Assembly (NCBI GenBank): GCA_014190035.1
Contig: BJFU01000004.1
Coordinates: 1-50,152, forward strand
Direction: 5' to 3'
DNA: 50,152 nucleotides
Source of the DNA: Actinomycetes bacterium
Lineage (GTDB): Bacteria; Actinomycetota; Actinomycetes; S36-B12; UBA5976
Shown: piece by piece, positions 18,414-29,167 of the stretch
Layout of the letters: each line of letters begins with the position of its first letter
Numbering within the stretch: position 1 is the stretch's first letter
The notes under the pieces: model-generated
What the model was told of the DNA's origin: nothing
The model's database searches: none
Seen by the model: only the letters and a program-made list of their open reading frames with translations
Translations under genes and position numbers: made by a program

Positions 18414-20696
18414 GATTGCAAGCGTAGTCAAGAGCTTTAACTAATTGGGCAGAGCGCTCTTTACTCAAGATTTCACCACTTGGCTCTTTAACATAAAACA
18501 CATCAACCACTTCTGAACCCAGTGTTTCCACTATGGCTGCGTGAATATCAACACCATTTTCAGTTATGACATGAGCAATTTTTGATAAGAATCCTGGTTC
18601 ATCGTGAGCTCGTACCTCAATTACAGTTGCTGTTTCACTTACTCCATTAATCTCTAAAACTTTGGATGAAGTTCTATTGTGCGGTTTAGGTAAGTACTGG
18701 GCTCTTAAAACGAGTTTTTCAAAAACATCAAGTGAACCATTTAGGGCTAATCGCAATGATTCTTGCAATTGCATTAGATCTGGCGCATCACCAAATTCAG
18801 GACTAACTCTCCACGTTGTAACTGCTCGTTTGTTGATTGTTTCAGTTTTTGCACTTCGAACCAATAATCTATGCAGGGAAAGCACACCAGCAATTAGTCC
18901 TAATAAACCAGTTGAATCATCTGCCACCACGGTAATTGCCAAACCTTGATCAATTGGTGTTGCTTCAACAACAACGTCTTCCTTTCTATTTGCAAGAGCT
19001 TGCTTGTCTTTACTTAGATGAGGATCAATTTCTTTACGTTCTCCCCTGATTTCATTTTTAACTCGGGCAACTAGTTCTCCAATCAAGCTTTGACGCCAAT
19101 CACTACTAGCAATTGGCCCAGTGGCAATTGCATCAGCAATTGTTAATGCGTGTAGTAGTTCAAGGAAATCTTCTGTTTCAACTTTTTCTACAACTGATTT
19201 AATGGTTAAAGGATCATCTAAATCTCTTTTTGTGGCGGTTTCTGGCAATAACAAGTGATGCTGAACTAATCGTTCTAGTGTTTTTGAATCCTCTGCATTA
19301 AATCCCATATGAGGCGCGAGTGATCTTATAATTTCTGCTCCTTCATCTGAGTGGTCTTTTAAACCACCTTTACCAATGTCATGAAAAAGAGAACCAACGA
19401 GTAATAAATCGGGTCTGGAAACGTCACGTGTGAAATTATTTGCACTTATTGCTGTTTCTAATAAATGCCTATCAACTGTGAATGAATGAACTTGGCTAGA
19501 TTGCGGACATCCTCTAACTCGATCCCAGATTGGTAACCATTTACTAATCATTCCAGCAAAATCTATGGACTCCCAAATCGGAATTAATTGTCTGCCAGAT
19601 CCAAGTAAAGAGACAAAAGAATCTTTAGCATCAGTTGGCCAAGGAATTGTTAGTTCCGGCAAATCATTTGCCAAACGCTCCAAAGTATGTGGTGAAATTA
19701 AATAACCTGATTGAGCACTTGCTGCTGCTAAACGAAGACCCAGGCTTGGATCTTTTTCAGGTTTGGCATCGCGGGCTAAAACTACGTAATCATTTTGTAC
19801 CACAACACCATCAGCTAATGGACTTCTATTTTCACCTTTTAGTTTGGTTAACAAGCCTGTCTTTTTAGTGCTGCTATTTACACGATGCCAGGTGACGTCG
19901 CTGTGATGAGCAATTATTCTTGCCAAAGAAGAAACTTCTCTAATTAGTTGATCAGCATCATTTAGTCCCAACTTTTCAGCAACTATCGGTTGCTCTTGGC
20001 GGATTAATTTTTCTGAAGGCTTTTCTAAAACAGTGTGCAATGCATCTCTAACATCCAATAATTTTTCATTCACTTCATCCAAAATTGCTTTTGGAATATC
20101 TGTTTTCCAAGAAGCAGCTAATGCTCTTAAAACAGCAACATCTCTTAAACCACCATAAGATTCTTTTAAATCTGGTTCAATCAATTGAGCAAGTTCCCCA
20201 AATTTTTCTTTTCGATCCATAACCATTTTGTAAAGTTCAGGTAGTCGTTTATCAGCAAAAGCTCTCCATTCTTGTAAGACTGCAGAACTAATCTCTTTTT
20301 CCAAATCCGCATTTCCTGCAATAGTCCGGGCATCCAGCCAACCCAAGACAACTGCAATATCCTCAGCAGCCATATTTCTTACTTGAGCTGGAGTTCTTAC
20401 TGAATGATCAAGTTTTAAACCTAAATCCCAAATTGGATACCAGATTTTTTCAGCTATTTCATCAATTTTGAAACCATCTTCATGAATTAAAACAAGATCT
20501 AAATCTGAACCAAGTGTCATAGCTTGTCGACCACTGCCGCCTACTCCTATTAAGGCAACTTTCTTTAAATCTTTTTCACTTACCGCTTTGTTGAATGTTT
20601 CACTTAAAAACTCATCTGTTAAGTCCGACAAATGACGACGACGCGCTGCTCCAATTGGGGCAGCGCGCAGTTCGATTCTTTCTTTTAAGTAATCCA

Positions 20697-20697
<1 letters not shown>
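18394..20697 (-). CDS. glnD: PII uridylyl/adenylyltransferase
   Basis: GSDLD NTase motif, KES.GGLRD, HDIGKG HD domain, ACT domains. Confidence 0.95.
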
Positions 20698-22348
<1,651 letters not shown>

Positions 22349-22442
22349 AAATAAAATTCACATCCTTTAAATATTGGGATTTAATTTCTAAACCATCACG
22401 CGCCATTGCGACCAGGTATGAAAGAAATATTGCCCTAGATAA

Positions 22443-22490
22443 GTTTCTTAAGGGGGTAATTAGTGTTACGAGATTGTTAAATTTTGTAAC
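22443..22490 (-). promoter_or_regulatory. GlnR-box-like array upstream of amtB
   Basis: Minus strand TTAAC-n6-GTAAC-n6-TACCC-n6-GAAAC, preceded by GTTAC; resembles gTnAc-n6-GaAAc. Confidence 0.6.
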
Positions 22491-22888
22491 ACGCGCTTTG
22501 GGCTCTGCTGAGGGTTTAGCAGCCCTGAGGTGATAAATAGATCAGCTGTGGCCCTGTTGCAGGCTGTTGGAATATTTTTCAAAACAGCCATGCGCAATAA
22601 GGCTTTAACATCTGGATCGTGTGGTTGTGGCTCTAAAGGGTCCCAAAAGAAAATCAAGACATCTACTTTGCCTTCCACCATTTGTGAACCGATTTGTAAA
22701 TCTCCCCCATGGGGTCCGCTTTCAACTACTTCGATTGGTAGACCTGACTCTAATTTGATTAATTTGCCTGTTGTGCCAGTTGCCACAAGCTCAAATTCAC
22801 TTAAGACACTTTGATTTGCTAAAACCCAAGCTAGAATATCGCTTTTTTTCTTATCGTGAGCAATTAAGGCAATTCTTTTTGTTTTCAT
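22466..22888 (-). CDS. mgsA: Methylglyoxal synthase
   Basis: IALIAHD.KK, ATGTTG, SGPHGGDLQIG, FFWDPL..QPHDPDVKALLR. Confidence 0.95.
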   Translation of the reverse strand: MKTKRIALIAHDKKKSDILAWVLANQSVLSEFELVATGTTGKLIKLESGLPIEVVESGPHGGDLQIGSQMVEGKVDVLIFFWDPLEPQPHDPDVKALLRMAVLKNIPTACNRATADLFITSGLLNPQQSPKRVLQNLTIS

Positions 22889-22939
22889 GACTAAAGACTA
22901 CGTAATCATTGTGACTAGTGTGTTAAAACGAGGTTATCT

Positions 22940-23920
22940 CTACATTAATATTTCTTGTTTTACCGGGCTTCTCCAAGCAAACGAAATATTAAAAACATCT
23001 TCTGTGTCTAAAGAAGTATTTCTAATTGCTTTATAACCGTCTTCAAAAAGATTAAGTAGCACAATTTCAAGATAAATTTTAAGTCTGATGGCATATCCAG
23101 ATGAGATTGAACCTAAGCGAAGAGCATCTTTAATTAATAAATAAATCAAAGCGGGCAGCAAATCTATGCTTCGACGAGCAAACCACTTGAAGCCATTAGT
23201 GAGAAGCCAAATTGTCTTTGCTTTTGTCTCCTGATTTGAGTGTGTTGGCAATTTTTCTTTTGATCTTCTAGGAAGAGAAAGCTCGCGTCTAACTAAATCA
23301 GCCAATATTTGATGTCCTCTTGGGCCAGGGTGCATGCGATCGATGTGCCAATTCTTTCTGTCATAAATTTCTTCTCTATCAATGGTTTCAATCAAGACTG
23401 CGTTTGTTTTTGAGGTAGCCCATCTCAGAGCAACATTTACTTGTAATGCTCTATCTAAAAGAACACACTTGATTGCTTTGGGAGCAGGTGCAATTCTGGA
23501 TGGGTCGTGAATCGCCAAGAGCACAACAACTGTTCCATTTGCTTCTAGTTCACTAATAACTTTATAAAGACTATGAGCAACTTTCACTGGATCAAAATTG
23601 TTTCTCAGTGCATCATTACCGCCCACGCAAATCAAAGCCAGATCTGCACGAACAGCTAATGCGCTAGGAAGTTGTTCATTTAATACATCTGATGCACGTG
23701 CCCCGTTCTTGCTCAGATTTAAATATTTTGTTGCTTGCAAATCATGAGCCAGACGACCTGTCCATCCATATCCAACTTGAGATTCCTTACCACCCAGATC
23801 ACCAATTCCATAAACTGAACTATCTCCCAGTGCCACGACTCTTAAATTTTGCTTAAGACGTAACTTCAACACCCTTTGACCAACTGAATTTAGATCAAGT
23901 ACGCCGTTTAATGCGTTCAT
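22940..23920 (-). CDS. SGNH/GDSL hydrolase
   Basis: LGDSS, GGND and DRMHP catalytic blocks. Confidence 0.88.
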   Translation of the reverse strand: MNALNGVLDLNSVGQRVLKLRLKQNLRVVALGDSSVYGIGDLGGKESQVGYGWTGRLAHDLQATKYLNLSKNGARASDVLNEQLPSALAVRADLALICVGGNDALRNNFDPVKVAHSLYKVISELEANGTVVVLLAIHDPSRIAPAPKAIKCVLLDRALQVNVALRWATSKTNAVLIETIDREEIYDRKNWHIDRMHPGPRGHQILADLVRRELSLPRRSKEKLPTHSNQETKAKTIWLLTNGFKWFARRSIDLLPALIYLLIKDALRLGSISSGYAIRLKIYLEIVLLNLFEDGYKAIRNTSLDTEDVFNISFAWRSPVKQEILM

Positions 23921-25038
23921 GCGACTAACTCCTTTTCTAGTTGGGTTACTTGGTAGAGCGCAATCAATTCACTTGCTGTTTTGTGCCATGAGTAATTTCT
24001 TGAGTTTTCTAGTGCTCTTTTTCTATTTTCTGGATTTGTTGAAATTACGCATACAGATTCAACCCAATTATCAATTTGGTCATCGACGTACGCCCCACCA
24101 CCATTAACTAAAATTTCTTTCAAAGCACTTTTATCTGAAGCGATCACAGGGGTTCCACAAGCTAACGCTTCTAACGCTGCCAAACAGAAAGTTTCATTTG
24201 GTCCTGGGGCTAACACAACATCTGCTGAGGCTAAATATTTTGCGACCTCTGATCTGTTTTTGATGAACCCAATAAACTCAATTGGTAAGTTTTTATATTT
24301 TTTCATTAATTTCTTTTTTAAAGGTCCAGCGCCCATCACAAACAGACGAGGGTTTAAACCTTGCTCAACTAATTCAGCTAGAACCTTGAAAGCAACTTCT
24401 GGATTCTTTTCTTTAGATACTCTGCTACAGAGAACTAATTTGGGGAAACTGGTATGTGTTCTCAATTCTAAATCTACTCTGTTTTCATTAAAAATTTCTG
24501 AATCTACTCCCAGGGGGACTATAACTAGATTATTAGCTTGTACTTTCTTAAATTCCTGACCTGCAAATTTTGTTGTAGCAATTACGTAATCAAATTTTCT
24601 AAAGGTGTTTCTATTGTGTCTTGCAACGAGTGCAGACAAATTTGGAATAAATGGAAAAAATGCTTTTAAAACATTTGTGAGTATTTCGTGTGCAAAAAGG
24701 ACTGTTTTTATACCTCTTTGTTTAGCCCAAGGTGCTATCCCGATTAATGTCAATCGATCGTTAATTTCTATTACATCGGGTGAGAAGTCCGACAGAATCT
24801 TCTTAATTTTACTAGTCTTAATTATCATTCGGTATCCACCACTAAATGGAATTTTCCAACTTGGAATAGTTATTACATCTGCATAACTAGTTGAAGTGTG
24901 AGTGAAATATATTCCTGGAATAATTTGTAAACAGTTAATATCACGAGAACTATATTGTTTAGCCAGTTCGATCATGCTGGTCTTTAGTCCACCTGATTTA
25001 GGCCCAAAAAAATTGGCAATTTGAACTATTTTTGTCAT
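23917..25038 (-). CDS. GT4 glycosyltransferase
   Basis: ANFFGPKSGGLK, SRVSKEK, ETFCLAALEALACGTPV. Confidence 0.88.
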   Translation of the reverse strand: MTKIVQIANFFGPKSGGLKTSMIELAKQYSSRDINCLQIIPGIYFTHTSTSYADVITIPSWKIPFSGGYRMIIKTSKIKKILSDFSPDVIEINDRLTLIGIAPWAKQRGIKTVLFAHEILTNVLKAFFPFIPNLSALVARHNRNTFRKFDYVIATTKFAGQEFKKVQANNLVIVPLGVDSEIFNENRVDLELRTHTSFPKLVLCSRVSKEKNPEVAFKVLAELVEQGLNPRLFVMGAGPLKKKLMKKYKNLPIEFIGFIKNRSEVAKYLASADVVLAPGPNETFCLAALEALACGTPVIASDKSALKEILVNGGGAYVDDQIDNWVESVCVISTNPENRKRALENSRNYSWHKTASELIALYQVTQLEKELVA

Positions 25039-26159
25039 CAGGCCACACTTGCCAATTTTTTACCCAATGCGTTTCCGTAATGGGTCAGGAGCTGTTGGCA
25101 GACATTGTCCCAGGTATTTTCTTCAACTGAAGATCTAGCACTCAGTGAAATTCTTTGCAGTAAATTCGGATCACTTAGCAAGTTTTTGAAAATATATTTA
25201 AAAGATTCATCACTGACGTTGTTGTAAATAAAACCTGTTTCATTAGGAATTATTAGTTCGTGAGTTGCTCCTTGCTCCGGGGCAACCACACATAATCCAG
25301 CAGCCAATCCTTCTTGAGCCACTTGGCAGAAAGTTTCGTTTCTTCCTGGAGCCATTAATACATCAAGTGAAGCGTAGGCCTGATTTAACTGATCTCCAGT
25401 TAATCTCCCAGTGAATATTGCATTAGGCATATCTTCTTCTAATTTGCATCTACTTGGTCCATCCCCAATTACTATTACTTGAATTCGAGGTGAATCAGGA
25501 ATGTATTTGAGATCTTCAATGTTTTTCTCAGGAGCTAATCTTCCAACATAACCAACGAAAATGTCAGCACGTTCATTCCATTTAAGTCTTAGACTCAAGT
25601 CTCTATTTTTTGGATTAAAGGCATTGGTGTCAACACCTCGGCCCCAGATGTTTAAGTTTTTAACGTTTAGTTCTTCAAGCTTTGTCATTGCCCAGTTTGA
25701 TGGAACCAAATTCAAAGTTGCCAAATTATGAATGTGGCTTAACCATAAGTCAGAGAATTTTGAGACTGTAGAATATCCATAGTATTTAGCAAATCCTGTA
25801 ACATCTGTTTGATAAACAGCAACAGTTGGTATTTCTAATACTTTGGCTGCACGAAGCGCAATTTCACCTAGAACAAAGGGTGATGCAATATGTAAAAGCT
25901 CAAACCCTTTTTTCTCAAATATTTTTTCTAATTGTCGTTTTGTAGTAATAGCCAGGTCGTAATCATGAATGGAGGGAACCGTGATGCTGTTAATTCTGAT
26001 GACCTCGACATCAAGGGGTTCTTCAGTTTGATTTTGACCAGCGGCAATTACTATTACTTCATGACCTTGTGACTTTAAGTATTTGGCGGTGCGCAAAACA
26101 GAGTTTGATACACCATTGATTCTGGGCCAAAATGACTCGGTCACTATTCCAATTATCAC
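25038..26159 (-). CDS. GT4 glycosyltransferase, MgtA/Agt-like glycolipid synthase
   Basis: TESFWPRINGVS, HIASPFVLG, YQTD, WGRGVD, YVGRLAPEK, ETFCQVAQE. Confidence 0.85.
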   Translation of the reverse strand: MIIGIVTESFWPRINGVSNSVLRTAKYLKSQGHEVIVIAAGQNQTEEPLDVEVIRINSITVPSIHDYDLAITTKRQLEKIFEKKGFELLHIASPFVLGEIALRAAKVLEIPTVAVYQTDVTGFAKYYGYSTVSKFSDLWLSHIHNLATLNLVPSNWAMTKLEELNVKNLNIWGRGVDTNAFNPKNRDLSLRLKWNERADIFVGYVGRLAPEKNIEDLKYIPDSPRIQVIVIGDGPSRCKLEEDMPNAIFTGRLTGDQLNQAYASLDVLMAPGRNETFCQVAQEGLAAGLCVVAPEQGATHELIIPNETGFIYNNVSDESFKYIFKNLLSDPNLLQRISLSARSSVEENTWDNVCQQLLTHYGNALGKKLASVA

Positions 26160-26180
26160 ACCATAATTGACTCAATTTTA

Positions 26181-26231
26181 GGTCAAATCTTGTCGATATT
26201 TAGGTTAAGTGTTTGTTAACGAATATTGAAT
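26181..26231 (-). promoter_or_regulatory. 11-bp periodic PHO-box-like direct repeats
   Basis: Minus-strand units starting at 26231, 26220, 26209, 26198, 26187: ATTCAAT, GTTAACA, CTTAACC, TATCGAC, TTTGACC; TAAAAT -10 at 26175-26180. Confidence 0.45.
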
Positions 26232-26290
26232 ATCAAGATTTGGACAGTTTCGCCGTTTCCTGCAATGGAAATATTTGAAAAGATTACGCC

Positions 26291-26974
26291 ATGAGCGTAG
26301 CTTTCTTCGATTTAGATAACACCCTGGTTAAGGGTTCCTCTATGTTTTATTTCGCTAAACATTTGGTCAAACAAGGATTCTTTACTAAGCGAGAATTAGT
26401 CAAATTTGCTACTGCCCAGGCAAGATTTATTAGAACTAGAACTGAAAATAAACGAATCCAAGAAATTATCACCGAAAAAGCCTTGAGGCTGGTGGCTGGT
26501 AGAGAACGAACCGAATTAATTCAGTTGTGTGAATCATCTTTAGCTGATTCTTTAGGTGAAGCTTTGTATCCAGAGGTTTTAGCCTCGTTGAAATGGCACC
26601 AAGACCGTGGTCAACAAACTTGGATTGTTACCGCAAGTCCCATTGAAATAGCCAGCGGAATTGCGACTCGATTGAATATGACAGGGGCGTTGGGAACTAT
26701 TGCCGAAATCGAAAACGGAAGATATACCGGAAAACTGCGCAGTGGAGTATTGCATGGAAAAAATAAGTCCAAAGCTGTTATAAAGCTTTCTGACTCAATG
26801 GGGATCGATCTTGATCATGCTTATGCATATAGTGATTCTTTAAATGATCTTCCACTTTTGAGTGCTGTTGGAACACCTATCGTGGTTAATCCGAATAAAG
26901 AGTTGTTAAGAATTGCCCGAAAAAATGACTGGCAAGAGATCATCACTGATCCGAAATTTTCGAAATCGGCTTAA
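26291..26974 (+). CDS. HAD-IB family hydrolase (SerB-like)
   Basis: FFDLDNTL, IVTAS, AYSDSLNDLPLL..VG.P.VVNP. Confidence 0.9.
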   Translation: MSVAFFDLDNTLVKGSSMFYFAKHLVKQGFFTKRELVKFATAQARFIRTRTENKRIQEIITEKALRLVAGRERTELIQLCESSLADSLGEALYPEVLASLKWHQDRGQQTWIVTASPIEIASGIATRLNMTGALGTIAEIENGRYTGKLRSGVLHGKNKSKAVIKLSDSMGIDLDHAYAYSDSLNDLPLLSAVGTPIVVNPNKELLRIARKNDWQEIITDPKFSKSA

Positions 26975-26976
26975 TC

Positions 26977-27732
26977 GTGGACAATACAGTCGCTGAATAT
27001 TTGATCCTGGCATTACTTTCATTTTTTGCTGGCGGTTTGACTCTTTTTACAGGTTTTGGATTAAGCACGATTTTACTCCCAGTTTTTATTATTTTTTTCC
27101 CAGTAGCTATCGCAGTGCCCTCCACTGCGATAGTGCACTTCTTAAACAACTTCTATAAATTATTTATTTACTTTAAAAAAATCAACCTTAAAATTCTTAT
27201 ACGATTTGGTGTTCCTGCCTTGTTTGCCTCCATATTTGGTGCTTATCTATTGCAAAAGTTATCCAGCAATGAAAGAAACTTAGAAATACTCCTAGGAATC
27301 TTGATAATTACTATTTCATTTCTAGAAATGTTTCCTGCTATAAGAAATCTAACAATTGGTATTAAATGGGCACCGCTTGGTGGAGTGATATCCGGATTCT
27401 TTGGAGGATTGAGTGGTCATCAAGGTTTATTTAGATCTGCATTTTTAGTAAAGAGTGGTCTAAGTAAAAATAGCTTCATTGCCACAGGTGTTGGTATTGC
27501 GGTTCTTGTAGATATTACACGTTTAAGTGTTTATGGTTCAACTATTTTTACAACCTCAATAATTTCATCAGATGGTTTTTGGTTACCGGTGATAATTTCT
27601 ACGACATCTGCACTATTTGGAGTTTTCCTAGCAACCGATCTGGTCAAGAAAATGACAATTGCTTTGATAAGAAATATGGTTTTTGTATTAATTTTTATAT
27701 CAGGCTTGCTCTTAATCTTGGGAAAGATTTAG
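26977..27732 (+). CDS. TauE/SafE (TSUP) family membrane protein
   Basis: TGFGL, SGFFGGLSGHQG, about 8 TM segments. Confidence 0.8.
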   Translation: MDNTVAEYLILALLSFFAGGLTLFTGFGLSTILLPVFIIFFPVAIAVPSTAIVHFLNNFYKLFIYFKKINLKILIRFGVPALFASIFGAYLLQKLSSNERNLEILLGILIITISFLEMFPAIRNLTIGIKWAPLGGVISGFFGGLSGHQGLFRSAFLVKSGLSKNSFIATGVGIAVLVDITRLSVYGSTIFTTSIISSDGFWLPVIISTTSALFGVFLATDLVKKMTIALIRNMVFVLIFISGLLLILGKI

Positions 27733-28256
27733 TTTTCGTATCCTTTAGGCATACTTTTCTCATGCTCTGCAGGCACACAAAGTCTTTTAATGTCCTCTGC
27801 TCGATCAGGAAAATCGTTAATCAAATCAGAGAAATAGCCACCTTCAAATATTTCTCCAGTAAAACCAGGAGACATGGTGCAACCAAAGAGTCCCCACTCT
27901 CCCCCTTTGACGATTTCTCCTGCTTGCCACACATTTTCAGGAACTGTGAATTGAATTAATTCACCCTTTGTGAAATCCGAACCAAGTATTACTTCTTTAG
28001 TGGTTTTATTTGGGTAAAGCAAAACTAATCTGATGGGATCTCCTGCATAAAAATGCCAAACTTCTTCATATTTCAATCTATGAAACAAAGAACAGCTTCT
28101 AGGTTCATCTGAATAAAGTGCGATGATGGCGCTGCCATCAGCGGATCCGTCTGCTCTGCTGGTTTTTGATCGGTAAGTTTTAACAAAAAAGGTACTTTCC
28201 ACAGGCAAAGTTGTCATTTGAAAGTGTTCAATAACTTGTTTTGTGGTGGGTCTCAA
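27729..28256 (-). CDS. Cupin_5 (DUF985) protein
   Basis: FHRL..EEVWHFYAGDP, VPENVWQAG, GCTMSPGF. Confidence 0.85.
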   Translation of the reverse strand: MRPTTKQVIEHFQMTTLPVESTFFVKTYRSKTSRADGSADGSAIIALYSDEPRSCSLFHRLKYEEVWHFYAGDPIRLVLLYPNKTTKEVILGSDFTKGELIQFTVPENVWQAGEIVKGGEWGLFGCTMSPGFTGEIFEGGYFSDLINDFPDRAEDIKRLCVPAEHEKSMPKGYEN

Positions 28257-29158
28257 TTAAGTAATCCATCCACAAAGTCTTCAGCGTTAAATTCAATTAA
28301 ATCATCAATTCCTTCACCAATTCCAACAAACTTCACGGGAACTTTTAATTCTCTCTGCACAGCAATCACAATTCCACCTTTAGCAGAACCATCTAATTTT
28401 GTTAAGACAATTCCTGTTACTTCAACTGCTTCGGTGAAAACTCTTGCTTGAATTAATCCATTTTGGCCAGTGGTGGCATCAATTACTAATAAAGTTTCTG
28501 TGACTGTGGCATGTTTTTCAATCACTCTTTTTACTTTGCCCAATTCATCCATCAATCCCGCTTTTGTGTGCAATCTTCCTGCGGTATCAATAATTACAAC
28601 CTTGGCACCGATTGCTAATCCTTCTTGAACAGCATTGAATGCAACAGCTGATGGCTCAGAATTCTCAGGACCAACAACTACTGGAACAGAACTTCTTTCT
28701 CCCCAAGTTTGTAGTTGCAGACTAGCTGCGGCACGGAAAGTATCAGCAGCGCCTAAAACACATTTATTACCAGCTTTACTTAATTTATGAACAAGTTTTC
28801 CTACGGTGGTGGTTTTACCTGTGCCATTAATTCCCACCATCATGATCACTGAAGGAGTTGCTGAAATATTTAGACTTCTATTACTTGTTGCAAGGGATTC
28901 AATTAATTGATTCCTTAATACTTCTTTTCCTTCTTCAGCACTATGAGCACCTTTTAAAGTTGGATTGTTCTTTAATTCTTGAACTATTTCTTGAGTAGTT
29001 TTTATTCCCACATCCGCCATAATTAAAGTGTCTTCAATTTCTTGCCAAGCTTGATCATCGAGAGTAGATCGAGAAAAAATATTAAGTAAACTAGAGCCAA
29101 ATGTTGATTTGGTTTTTAAAGGTTTTTCTTCCTTGTTTTTCCTACTAAAGATTCCCAT
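28253..29158 (-). CDS. ftsY: SRP receptor FtsY
   Basis: GINGTGKTTT, DTFRAAA, DTAGRL, TKLDGSAKGG. Confidence 0.96.
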   Translation of the reverse strand: MGIFSRKNKEEKPLKTKSTFGSSLLNIFSRSTLDDQAWQEIEDTLIMADVGIKTTQEIVQELKNNPTLKGAHSAEEGKEVLRNQLIESLATSNRSLNISATPSVIMMVGINGTGKTTTVGKLVHKLSKAGNKCVLGAADTFRAAASLQLQTWGERSSVPVVVGPENSEPSAVAFNAVQEGLAIGAKVVIIDTAGRLHTKAGLMDELGKVKRVIEKHATVTETLLVIDATTGQNGLIQARVFTEAVEVTGIVLTKLDGSAKGGIVIAVQRELKVPVKFVGIGEGIDDLIEFNAEDFVDGLLN

Positions 29159-29167
29159 GACCAGAGT

